From: Hyphochytrium catenoides
Taxonomy: Eukaryota; Protista; Hyphochytriomycota
Assembly: GCA_900088475.1 (NCBI GenBank)
Contig: FLMG01000570.1
Coordinates: 43-64,042 of the forward strand
Length of the DNA: 64,000 bases
Direction of reading: 5' to 3'
Shown: piece after piece, positions 1 to 11,392 of the stretch
How the letters are laid out: every line of letters starts with the position of its first letter
Position numbering within the stretch: the first letter of the stretch is position 1
Notes under the pieces: model-generated
Seen by the model: only the letters and a program-made list of their open reading frames with translations
Databases searched by the model: none
Told to the model about the DNA's origin: nothing
Translations under genes and position numbers: made by a program

Positions 1-242
1 GAGAGGAGGAGGAGCAGCAGACGGAGGAAACTAGTGGTAGGTTTATTCCTAGGATGGTAGTGTAGAGATTTGTAGTACTTCTTTAATTCTTAAAACTGGA
101 TAATAAAAGTAGTTCACTGTAGTAGAACCTCGATTTCCGAAGCTTCTTCATCAAGCTTCATTAGTGTATACCAAAGACAGAGCTGCTTTGCTGCTATTCT
201 TACAGCCAGGCAGCTAACTAATTGGTAAGTCTGAAGCATCTC

Positions 243-1809
243 CTATCTTATAGTGCCATCGAATATTGAAGGCGCGATACAGGGACCGGCGGTCGTGGTA
301 AACACGTGATCTTTCCACTTGGCGACTCCTTCGCCATCGGTGATTAGATCCTGTAAAAGAAGCATAGCATGCCTGGATTAACCAGATAGCCAATGCCTTT
401 GAACTTTTCTCACTAGCTTGCTTACCGGAAACACATTCTGTAAGACTTTCTTCTTCTCTACCTGGGCCGCTGACACAGGCTCTCCCGTGAGAGTCCCAAA
501 CGAGATTCTCTCACCAATCTGCCATAAGGGCTATGGTGAGCCTCTGCTATGTGGGGAGCATTAGCCTAGCCAACTGCAAAAATAACATACCTTAGCATCT
601 GCAGGGGGCTCTACAAACTCCACCTTTGATGGACAAAAATGCACCGCCACGAAACCGCAGCAGGGAGTGTTAGAGAGTATCACACAAAGAAACAACTGGC
701 AAAGAGCCTACCTGCTCACTGTCATCGTCCTTCAGCTTACTTGCACACATCACCATTCCATTGCTCTTGAAACCTACCAAGTTCCTCGGTTTGAGGTTAC
801 ACAACACGAGGATGCGACGATTCTACGCAAATCTGTGGTCAGCAGCATCAACATTATCTAGGTTTGATGGGTGGTACCTGCATCTCTTCAAGCGTGTAAT
901 GAGGGACTAGGCCGCTTGCTATTTGTCGTGGTGCTTCTTCGCCCTATTACACTCCACGTGTCAGCAGACGACTTCAGAGCTTTTGGCTCTAATGCAGTAT
1001 GTACCAAACTTATTTACCACATCGATCTCCTCACAGTATAGCCTGAGGGGTGAGGGCGTCAGCGATCATCGTTGAAATGCGCAGGATACTATAAAAGACT
1101 TCTCACTTTTCAGCAGACTCATGGCGCCAGACCTTAACTATCTGACCGACTCTAATGTCCAGTTTGGTTATCTCTGGCTGTTCAGTAGCTCCTTTATCCT
1201 TAGCTCCAGACGAGCCCGACTCTCCACTCTTCTTGGCTTTCTTCTGTTTCGGTTAAATTCAAGCTTGAGTGACAAGGGGCGAATCCAACTATAGCAATCA
1301 ATGGACCTCTGATGTTTTCTCAACAAGCTTTTGGGGTTTCGCCGACTGAGGGTTATCTCCTGGGATGGGCTCGCCCGGCGCGAGCGCCAGTTGGTCCTAG
1401 CGAGGATGCAATGTGAGTCTGGGGCAACAAGAGGCACAGACCCTACTGTTGATGGCTCGTACCTCTAGATCCCTAATAAGAGTGTCAAGGAAGGTGGCGG
1501 CTGACGTCATTTTGGGCTTCCCCAATGCGACCGGTCTTTCAAGGAGGATGTTCGAAGAACGAGCGGGGTTGCTCTCAGGAAGGCTGGAAGACACCAAACT
1601 AGATGTGAAGCTTCGGGTACTGGTAGTTCTGATGTAGAAAGGGTCAGTGAATCGGTGTGAGCCATCATCCACTCATCCTGGTCTTGAGCATCTTGCTCCA
1701 TAAGCTGCTCCTACCTGGATAGAGACGCAAACCTTACCAAGGGTTTGATTATGGGACCCTGGCTAGAGGAGGGTAAAAGACGTACAGACGAGGCGGCTCG
1801 CTGGAGCAT
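243..1809 (-). CDS. tRNA-binding OB-fold (EMAP II-like; Arc1p/AIMP1/MetRS C-terminal type) protein, multi-exon
   Basis: Spliced minus-strand exons read ITKLDIRVGQIVKVWRHESAEKLYCEEIDVGEEAPRQIASGL...ILVLCNLKPRNLVGFKSNGMVMCA...VEFVEPPADAKIGERI...DGTIR*(TAG 243-245). All introns are GT-AG. The start ATG at 1809 is inferred. Confidence 0.9.
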
Positions 1810-2500
1810 GATGAGGAAGCTCTGCGTGGCTCCTAAGAAGAGCTTGAAGATGAGTGGCAATAGAAGAGTCTAGTTGCCCATGCTCCATACTCCATACTCT
1901 ACTACGAGTACTACTTGTACTACTTGATGACTCATTCACCCATCAGCCATCAGAAACTCAAAGAGAATAATCTGCAGGGGTATCTTGATCTCGATCTCTG
2001 ATGTTGTGGTGTTTGGGCCCGTCCTTTCATAGGCGTATATTGTGAGACTAGTAGTAGAGTGCAGATAGCTAAATCAATATAAAAGGCTTCATATGTCTTT
2101 AACATAGATAGCCCTTAGTAAGCAGTCCTCAGATTGTCCGTCACAGATTCGTGACAAACAGAGTATAATTTCACATGAAGTCTTTGAATTGTACGAGTGG
2201 CTGGGCAAAGTCAGTTGTGTGTAGAAGGAAACTTTCATCAGGAGCTCCCGGAAGCAACAAATGAATGAATGCCAACCAATTCTTTTACTTGTACAAGTAG
2301 CAGAATCAGTTTTCTCGCCTTTGGTTGATGAGAATTTTCCTTCCGGGCGCTAGTCTTCGCCGCCCCAATAATCTCTACAAAGCCAGACCTATGAACATTC
2401 AGAGTCTACAAGAGGGATGCAAGAGCTTGCAACGCTGGTAGAATAATAGCCTACAGTCTGACGCACAGCCGATCCACCAAAAATCGGCCTTGGAAGCGTG

Positions 2501-4498
2501 ATGACGGGATCAGAAAGAGGTGCCTCTGCGAGCCAGGGAGCGATGGCAGCGCCTTTGTCAGGCCAAGGAGGAGTTACCGCAACCAATCTCCATTCTAGCT
2601 CTAAGATGGGCTATGGTATGCGCCAGATTAAAGACCTCGTAGTTGATTCCGGAGCTATTATTAGGGGAGCAAGGCTAGAGAATTTGGCCAAGGTAAATTA
2701 GTTTTGCACCGGTGGAGCTCCTTGACCTTTAATCTAAAGACTCTCCTTTACCAGACTTTTTGGACGGTCGAAGAGGTTCTGGCAGAGATTAGAGATAAGC
2801 ACGCACGAAATACGCTCAAGACGCTACCATATGAACTGAAGGTGCGGGAACCATCTCATGAAGCTCTCGGTGCAGGTATCTATCTTTAAGTCACCCGTTG
2901 AAGCAGCAATCCTCTCACTTTCCGTCCTCTTTAGTCGTCGCTTTTGCAAAGAAGACTGGTGATTTTGCCGCCCTTTCTCGGGTGGACCTGAGGGTGATAG
3001 CTCTAGCTTACATGTTGGAAAGAGAAAACCATGGGGTCGAGCATCTCAGAATGGAGCCAGGACAAAAGCCAACAAAGAGGTCCACGGTGTCTGTGACTCC
3101 GGGTATGGAACACTCATCTCAAGAAAAGCCTTCTGACAGCTCCCTCGACACAAACTCAGAGGCAGCCATGCACAAAGAGGATGAGTCTCCTTCACCGGTA
3201 CAGGAGTTGGTCCCACCTCTGCCAGAGTACTCTCCGAAGCATGTCGGCGGAACCCCGCCTAACAGCCCCTGTCTCTTTTTAGAGGGAGCACGAGCCAACG
3301 AGATAGCAGGATCCGACACACTGTCCATGCTCCACGATCTCTCCTCAAGACTGGGTAGAGCCAATTTGGAGTGTGAAAGCGAGGTGGACGTACTGCAGCC
3401 TGATAATGTGAAAGAGGTGGGTGGCGAGGACGGGTCTTCCAGAGCTGCGAAGTCTGGTGGTGATGAAATGACAGATAATAGCCTTGAAGAAGGTGATAGC
3501 AGTATGCCTCCTATCGGTCATGAAACATTGAAGACAGAGAAGTCTTCCGAGAGAAAACCAGAACAGCTTCGATCTCGAATACTTGGAGGGTACTCTACTG
3601 GGGCGGCCACTGTGGGCCGTGCCGTAGACGATGATGGTCATGGTTGGATCTCTGAGAACAACTATGTGGGCTATTTGGACAGCCCATTTGGGAGTAAGTC
3701 AGCACAAGACACTGCTTTTCAGAGTGAAGTGGGCTGCATCACCACGGACTTTGCTATGCAGAATGTTCTAATCCAGATGGGTGAGACAGTGGTTGAGTTT
3801 GATTACTCCTCTTTCTTAAGCCTAACTTCAGCTATATAAATAGGCCTACAGCTCGTTTCGCTCGAGGGCAGGAGGATCACAAGGCTTAAACAGGTAGGTT
3901 TGCAGTGTGGGACTTATCTTAACGGCATCTAAGCTCTTGCTTTCCTCAGTGGATTCTCCGATGTTCGGCTTGCTTCAAGACCACAAGCGATATGTCCAAG
4001 GTATTTTGCCCTACGTGTGGCAGTCATACACTGGAAAGAGTCTCTGTCTCGGTCAACAGCAAAGGGGAGAAGCGGCTGCATCTTAATACCCGGTAAGATG
4101 GGTTGTACTCATTGAGCTACAACACGACCTAACCCTGGCTGCCTAGGCGAGCTCCTAATGTACACGGCAGCAAGTACTCCATCCCGAAGCCCAAAGGCGG
4201 TCGTCAAGGCGACTTATTGCTGCGTGAAGACCAGTTAATGATGGGAATCTGGCAACAGAGATCAAAGGCCTCACGAGCCTTAAAGAGCGCCTTTGGCGAG
4301 GATGTAACCTATAAGGTACAGTACTATCACTTGCGGCGCTAGCCGGTTGCATCCAATAACGACAACGCTATTCCCTAGGTCGGAATCAACGTCAAGCAAC
4401 AGCCAGATATTGTCGTAGGCTTTGGTAGGAAAAATCCAAATGCTCAAAGAGGACGTGAACGCAGAGGGAAAAAGAAGCAGACCCAGCGCGATTGGTAG
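2501..4498 (+). CDS. NOB1: 20S pre-rRNA D-site endonuclease NOB1 (PIN domain + Zn ribbon)
   Basis: LVVDSGAII, EVLAEIRD, FAKKTGDFAALSRVDLRVIALAY, DDDGHGWI, VGCITTDFAMQNVLIQMG and Zn ribbon LRCSACFK...FCPTCGSHTL. Six GT-AG introns. Start could also be 2542, 2606 or 2618. Confidence 0.95.
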
Positions 4499-4578
4499 AC
4501 TGAAGCTCAGCGGGTGTTGGCTGTCTTACCTGTACATTAGATAAATAAATGAGAGGGGACAGAAGGATGCCATATCTA

Positions 4579-5749
4579 TTAATTCATAGTATGACTCTTT
4601 TTTGACGCCTTGCCACGTGCTCGCTCGTACTTTTGGAAAAGCACTTGAAGCTGATCTTGGAGATAGACATTCACGGCAGGCCATTCGCTGTTAACTAGTG
4701 AGAATACCGCTGTGTCTTGGTTGGCATTCTAGGTTAAAGAAGTCAATAAGACTAAGGATAAGCGGCTCGAACCTGTCTCTTCATGCGGCGTGAGGACTGA
4801 CCTTGACAATCTTATTCTTGCGCAGGACACCTTCAAGAGTGAAGCCGAACCTTTTGGCACTTTTCCTCCCAGGAACGTTCTGTGCGTCCACCGCCATCTC
4901 CACTCTCCTATAGTTCTGCTTGAACAAATGTGATAGCAAGATATAAGTGGCTTCGGTTGCTGCATAAGTTGAGCGATATGCTGGAGTAACCCATAAGTTG
5001 CCTTGGCAAAAACTTGGCTTAGTCCAGATGGGATGATTATCAGTCTTTCTATGTTCATAGTCTTACCTATCTCAACCTTGAGGTTCCGAGGATCGTTATT
5101 GAGTATGCTTATCATGCCAATGATTTGGGATGTATCTCTGTCAACCTTCCAAGGCCATCAGATTCGGCGAATGCCAGCTGCAATATACGGATGAGAGGCA
5201 CTCACAATGACGAATGCTTGGCCTCTGTCAGCTATAGACTCGACCAGGTTGGTATGAAGCTCTGCGGCAGTTTGATGCGGTCCAGATGGCAAATATTTCC
5301 AGATCATGTGCTCTGGGTCATAGGATGAGCCCAGAAGGCCCATTCTGAGCCCGAGAAATAGTAAAGATGGCTTAATGGTCACCCACTGTGATATGCAACA
5401 TATTAGGCCCAGCTTACTTTCTCTCTCCGTTAGATATGCGATGGAGCTCCTCGGCATCAAGAGCTGAGGCTGGTCTTAGGGATACCTTTACTCCATCTCC
5501 TTGGAACCCCTCCGACGATGGCTTCAGTGGCAACGATTTAGCCCTTTCTAGTAGCTCATCGTAGAGCAGTGCCTTGGGAGCTGAGGAGTCAACTGCTAGG
5601 CCCATTGCTTCCTGCTTCATACGATCAAAGGACCCGCCGAAGTATAGCAGGGAGAAGACTGCTCCAATGGTGACTACGAAGACTGCACACCCGGCAAGGA
5701 TCCCTATCTGGGCCCCAGGTGTGAGGCCCAGAGAAAACGGCTCCGTCAT
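4579..5749 (-). CDS. GNAT acetyltransferase, RimJ/RimL-like, with an N-terminal transmembrane segment
   Basis: Spliced reading: IWKYLPSGP...IIGMISILNNDPRNLKVEIGNLWVTPAYRSTYAATEATYILLSHLFKQNYRRVEMAVDAQNVPGRKSAKRFGFTLEGVLRK...DTAVFSLVNSEWP. Hydrophobic IGILAGCAVFVVTIGAVFSLLYF near the N-terminus. Confidence 0.85.
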
Positions 5750-6293
5750 GTTGTCCTGCTGGAAGAATTCCAATAGTTGTTAGTACGGAAATGAGGTTTT
5801 CCCAGGACAGTCTTACAAAATGGCATAACTCTTACTTTAGTTGCTCATGTAGGCTGCACTTTAAGCCTTGTCTATTATAAAGGAGAGGTATGTCTCCCAT
5901 CAAACGCAGGGACGGAGAGACACAAATCAATCTCTTTGAGGCGAAGAGGACGCTGCAGACGGAGCTTGTGTCTGCGCCTTCTTCCTGATGGCACAAAATG
6001 ATGTCCAGAAAGATTCATTTTCACCGCAGAAGGTGGTAACGGCCTTGTTAGCCTCTTTTTCAGCTTCAGCTTCTGTTGCTCGTCCTCTGCGATTCTATTT
6101 GGCGGCTGCTTTTCGACGATGGCGCAGGAAATGACATTCTGCTTCTACTCAGCTCAACAGACATAGATAAACCCCATCTTCCACCCTCCATTGGCAGCAT
6201 TTGCTCTCAAGAATCCTGCTGGTATCTATGCCGGCTTCTTGCACCTTAAGAGTCTGCTCGTAGGTGCACTGTAGTCTGGCTTTTTAACGCAGC

Positions 6294-6560
6294 ATGAATC
6301 AGCAGGACAGTCAGTTGCTGAGCAGATCTCAGCTGTTAGAGGAGATCGAGTCGTGCAGACTAGCGCGAGCTGCCTTACTACGGGAGAACATGACACTTTT
6401 GGCTGACATAAGAGAGGCTGAGTATAAAGAGAGGCTACTCAAGGCCAAGATCAGCAAGTATCAACACAACATAGACGCAGCCAAGGTACGTTGACTGCCT
6501 CTGATCTTCCTAGGTCCCTATCACGCTAAAGACCTCTGTCAGAAGCGGATAGCGTCTTAG
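6294..6560 (+). CDS. small coiled-coil hypothetical protein (~69 aa, one intron)
   Basis: ATG ORF with heptad-like composition (LLEEIESCRLARAALLRENMTLLADIREAE). A GTACG...TCAG intron leads to KRIAS*. Confidence 0.5.
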
Positions 6561-6775
6561 TGTTGGGCTCATGGACAGCATAGAGAACTTGATTTATGCC
6601 GATCGGGAGCTGAAGAACCTTCACGGACAAACTCACTTCAGTTTAACAAGGACGGCTTCTCCAGTTAGCTCAAGCAAATCACCTAACATAAGGGAAGCGT
6701 CACCCCACAGCAGACGCTAAGCGCGAGGAGCACAATGTGTGGATTATCGATAGCTGATCAAAAATGTATATAGTA

Positions 6776-8660
6776 CTAAATAGAGTCTGTTTGATATCCG
6801 GCTAGGCTCCGCCGAAGCACCAGAGCGCCGCCCAGACCGACAACCTACAGTTGACAGTGAAGGGGAACTGAGAGCTGACCTTATGATGCGTTTAGTTCCT
6901 GGCGTGCAACTTACCAGGAAGACGTTAACCATAAAGCAGAAGAGCCCAAGCACGCCTAGCTTATCGTGTATATACGTCTCAATGTCTCCTGCTGGCCACT
7001 CGGGACACTGTCCACATGGTGCCAACTAGGCAGCAAGCGCTGTTAGTTTAGACCAAGGGCCGCATCAACGATTCAGTAAATCTTACCAAAAGTTCCGATG
7101 AGTTTAATGACGGGATAACGGTACTTCCAGGGTGGCTACACGTCTTATTTGCACCGTGTGGCCACATGCAGCTCGTCCACTGTCCTCGCTCGTCCCTTGT
7201 GACTCCAGTGCACCCTATTGCTGGAGTTGAGCAGTTGCTGCACTGATAGAGATCCGCTGCACAAGCGATCTTGCCGGCTGTCCCGTAGCAATGTCTGAGA
7301 ACCCAGGTATTGATAGCTCACATTACGAGGTGCTGAGAGCACTTACCCAGCTCTTGATCGCTGTATTTGCTGGCCAGCGTTCTCGAGAAGACGAAAGCCG
7401 CTACTCCACAAGTTACAAGGAACAAGCCAACTAGTATAACTGCTATGATGTACTGGAGGTGTGCAAGGGGGATGAAGTCAGAAGAAGTCAGACCTCAGAA
7501 GGAATGGAGATAGATGCAGCCTTACCATTAAGAGAAGACCTCTGCTCTTGGCCTTCGAACCAATTATTCCGATCAGTGCTGCCACGCACAGGATTCCGCC
7601 CTCCACAAAGAGAAGAATTCCTGCATCATTGAACCAAATCGAGCACATAATTGCCGTTGAGATCTGACTGTGAACCTGACAGCGAGAGATCTCCAATTTG
7701 AGGGGACGGGTTCCTTACCTATCCACCCATGATCGGGGTCCACCGCTCTTTTGCCCTTCCAGTAGAACCCACAGAGGGCAAGACCTAAGGGCAAGTAAGA
7801 AGCATGCACGTCAGATCGTAGATCACATTGTGCATTTAGCAGCACGAGCAAGCAGCTTACCGGATCCCACCAGTATTAAGAGAGTATTAATCAGGGTAAG
7901 CATGTCCCTCATCACGATTGGGACCGTCAAGATCCGGATGGTCAATGCCGCAGCGCACAGCAACAGGAAGAGGACAAAGCTGCTTGTCGCTCCCAGAATG
8001 AAGCCAATCCGCTACAAGAGGTACTTCAGCACCCGGCTGGACCCTTCCGTGGTAAAGAGATCTAAGTCTCACCTTGACATGCGACAGCAGCTCTGGATAA
8101 GTCTTGCAGCAGTCACTTGACCTAAACCAGTCGAATGCGGCATCATTCCAGTGGTGCTTGATATAGATCTCCATCGCAGACTAAAGAAGTTATGCCAGAG
8201 TTAGCTCGTGGAGCACTGAAGTAGGTGTCCTGTTGATACCATTCATTACCTGAAAGGCGAATGACACTGTGATCACGAACACTAGTGCCGCCATCAAACA
8301 CAAAGAGGTGTAAAAAAAGAGCTTCAAGAGCCCATACTTCTCCTTCTTTGCGCCAATGGCGCCCGCGAGGCTTGTTAGGGTTATGACCCTAAGATGTAAT
8401 AGAGTTTGTTATCGTCACCTCACGATTCTAGGAAGGAAGCCTTACCCTCCTAAAAGAGCCTGGGATAGCGCAACGCTGTCCACCTGTCTAGTGAGAATGA
8501 ATAGGTTGAGCCCCAACCCAAACAGTAACGCGCCAAAGATGGCAGTCAATGACGTGATAAGTAAAAGCAAAGCGTTGGCGCTAAGGAGCCAATGGCGTCT
8601 TTCTGGATCTTCCTCGGCCTTGTCCAGAGAGATAAGGCTCATGACACTTTTGTGAATCAT
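6776..8660 (-). CDS. tandem (double) tetraspanin-like 8-TM membrane protein
   Basis: The spliced model gives two 4-TM units, each with the tetraspanin-like TM2-loop-TM3 signature (LAGAIGAKKEKYGLLKLFF; LIGIIGSKAKSRGLLLMY) and a Cys-containing large loop. It ends RRSLAGYQTDSI*. Confidence 0.75.
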
Positions 8661-9207
8661 TGTATGGCAACCAAAAATGCCGCTATGGCGCACTCGTCTC
8701 AGCTCCCTAGGAACTAGTGCCCCTTATAAGAGCAGCGGGGTTTGGACATTATAAGGAGCCCAGACAGCAGTCCGCATCCAACTTCTCCTCGTTGACCAAG
8801 TGATGGCAACCAAGCTCGGCGATGGCTGTTCGTCTGTGAATCAAGGTTAACAACAAGCTACAAGTCTCCGAGGCTCATCATCAGCTTCATCATCACAAGC
8901 GAGAGAGCGAAGAGCGAACAAAGAACAGTGGCACACACAACCCAACCAGCAGCAAATTAGGAAGAACTTCAGTCTGAGTCTCGGGTCTAGTAAGACTCGG
9001 TTGACTTAATGGCATCAAACCACCTCAGTCCCCCTATTTTAGATGGTTGGTTGCTCTTGATTCGGGTCATAAACAACAAGAATAACTGGGGTCATCGCGC
9101 CAGAAACCAAAGGTCGTGGACTTCTGCTGATGATAAGAGGAGCAGATTATTATCATCTGGGTCAGCGCCATCATCATCATCAGGTCGCTAGTTCCTAGCT
9201 GGCGGTC

Positions 9208-9395
9208 ATCGACAGCCCCTGCATCGTTCATTTCCTCCGACTGTCATAGCCTCTGACATCGTTTACTTCCCCCATCCGTCATAGCCTTAGGCAATCTCTC
9301 ATCTCCCTGACTGTCATAGCTTCATGCTGGCATCGGTCTTTCCGGCGTCCGTCATAGCCTCAGACGTCGTTCCTTTCCCTTTTCCCCCATAGTTC
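9208..9395. repeat. degenerate ~35-bp tandem repeat (about 5.5 copies), core GTCATAGC
   Basis: GTCATAGC occurs at 9243, 9278, 9313 and 9351 (spacing 35, 35, 38), with degenerate copies at 9208 and 9386. Confidence 0.8.
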
Positions 9396-9940
9396 TTCCG
9401 AGTTTCGCAGCCCTGTCACCACCTCTCAAGGAGTAGGACCACATTTTTGCACTGACATTCGCCATCAGCATTTCCAATTATGCAGAACCTAATAATCTAA
9501 TATCTTGGTTACTCCAGATTACTGTTCGGAGTTGAATGGCGACAAAACTTGGCTCTAACCATCCTATCGAAAGCGTATACAATGCATCACTCGATGGGGT
9601 AGATGAGCTCCTGCTTGGCGTCATTTGCTCTTGTGATCGTCGAGAAGCCCATCTGAAAGCTAAACGGTAGGGCATCTTTGGAGAAGGCTATCCGCTGACA
9701 TATCAAAATGCCCGAAGTAAACCAACCTAATCGCTCGAGCCAAGAGGGGACCAAGCTTCCTTTCTTGCGGCTAGGCTTCTGGATAAGATGGCTTCTTAAG
9801 TTGGCAGTGTCCCATTCACCACCGTGACACTTCGACGCTCTCCGAACAGCACGCCATGGTCAAGGGTTAGAAATGAATGTTCTGCTCTTTGCCAGCAGCA
9901 ACAGTCTTTTAGCGGTTGGTGATGCCATCCATCCTTGCTC

Positions 9941-10675
9941 CTACTCCGTGCTGGTCGTGGCAAACGCGTACAGTTTTTTTTCCTTCATGTAAGCAAGAAC
10001 TCTGGGGTCCAGAAGCGGACTCATGGATTCTTCATCTGACATTGATCTAATTTTTGTCGATGAGCAATCCGTTAGAAAGTCTAGCTTCCTAATGGAGAAA
10101 TTGCGTCCAGCAGGTACTTGCGGAAGGTCCACTCCGACACGGCGGACCACCACTATATCTGCCTGCGCTATAAGGTCGTCCCCTCGTTTCCATTTTCCAG
10201 CCATGAGATCGCTGTAGGTATCGCCTCCGAGAAGTATAGAGAAGTGGCAATGTGGATACGTCTCACGTAGTTTTTCTACCACGTCTATTGTGCCTACGCG
10301 GACTTGTTCTGGGGGTTGTCCCAATGCCTCCGCTTGATGGAGGGCATCTAACACCACGGTTTTCTCAATGTCAAGCACCCTAACATTACCTGTGTAGCCA
10401 TCCGTGAGACAAGCCATAGCTGGGTAGATCGCTTAACCATCCTTACCTCGAGTATTCACGATGGAATTCTCCACAAAAGCGATCTCACACATTCTCATCC
10501 TATCCTCAAAAGGAGCGAGCTCTTGCTTCGTTTGGTATATATGCTTGTAGACTGGAAGAACCCACAGCTCATCAAACTCGTTCGAGAAGTGCTGAACAAT
10601 GCCCTGATGGCCGCCACGCCCAGCTGGAGGATTGGCCGATAGCCCGTAGAGAAGAACTCTCTTCGGAGCATCCAT
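9941..10675 (-). CDS. nadD: nicotinate/nicotinamide-nucleotide adenylyltransferase, bacterial NadD-like
   Basis: VLLYGLSANPPAGRGGH, LWVLPVYKH, LAPFEDRMRMCEIAF, GTIDVVEKL, ILLGGDTYSDL..WK, SSTKIR, VLAYMKEKKLY. One GT-AG intron. Confidence 0.88.
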
Positions 10676-11392
10676 CGCTCTCACACACCAACCGAGCTCC
10701 GTTCTAGCCTTGAAGTCGAAAGTTGCCCTCCTTATCTATCTTAGCTTTGAAGCCACTCTAGTATCATTCGTCATCCGACGCTCCTTGCAAGTATGTCCTC
10801 TCAAGCCCCAAGGGAGACATGACTACGAGGAAACAAGTAAGTGCCATAGACTGCAGACGAGCGCTGAGCCTTCAGACCGTCAGCCAACAACCAGCCGGCA
10901 ATCCAAAGAATGATGGAAGCCACTTCTCCCCAATCTCCCATTCTATGATAGCTGCTAACGTACCTCTAAGGGGAATATCTTTAAGCTTGAGAAGGCATAT
11001 AGTATTATCGTTAGTGGGTGTATGCTTAAAGGTTCAGGAAGAAGGGGGTTACATACTATTGCTAGAGTTGAGATGAACGTCAGCGGAGCATTTTCCTTGA
11101 GCTGATCATTGACCTGCACCTCGATCTTCGGCTCTTCTCTTCCAAACCGCGCTGCAGACACTTCTCACACCTTGGTGCTGCCGCCTCACGTGCGGCCTGG
11201 CCTCCTGTGTCTCTCATCTATGTAGGTAGAAGGGATGACTTTGTGACGGTTCGACCAGGGAAGCTCAATGGGATAAGCTTCACCGGCTCGCTTAAGGAAC
11301 TACTGAGACAAGTCCAGGCCATGCCAGGACAGCCAGGTGGCACTGTCAAAGAATGGAGACATCATAAGGCCAGTTAGGAGCTGCAAGCCACC

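Noticed and set aside
9208-9395. CRISPR-like repeat/spacer appearance
   Set aside because: The core is only 8-10 bp, the spacers are mutually similar, there are no cas genes, and the context is intron-rich eukaryotic DNA.
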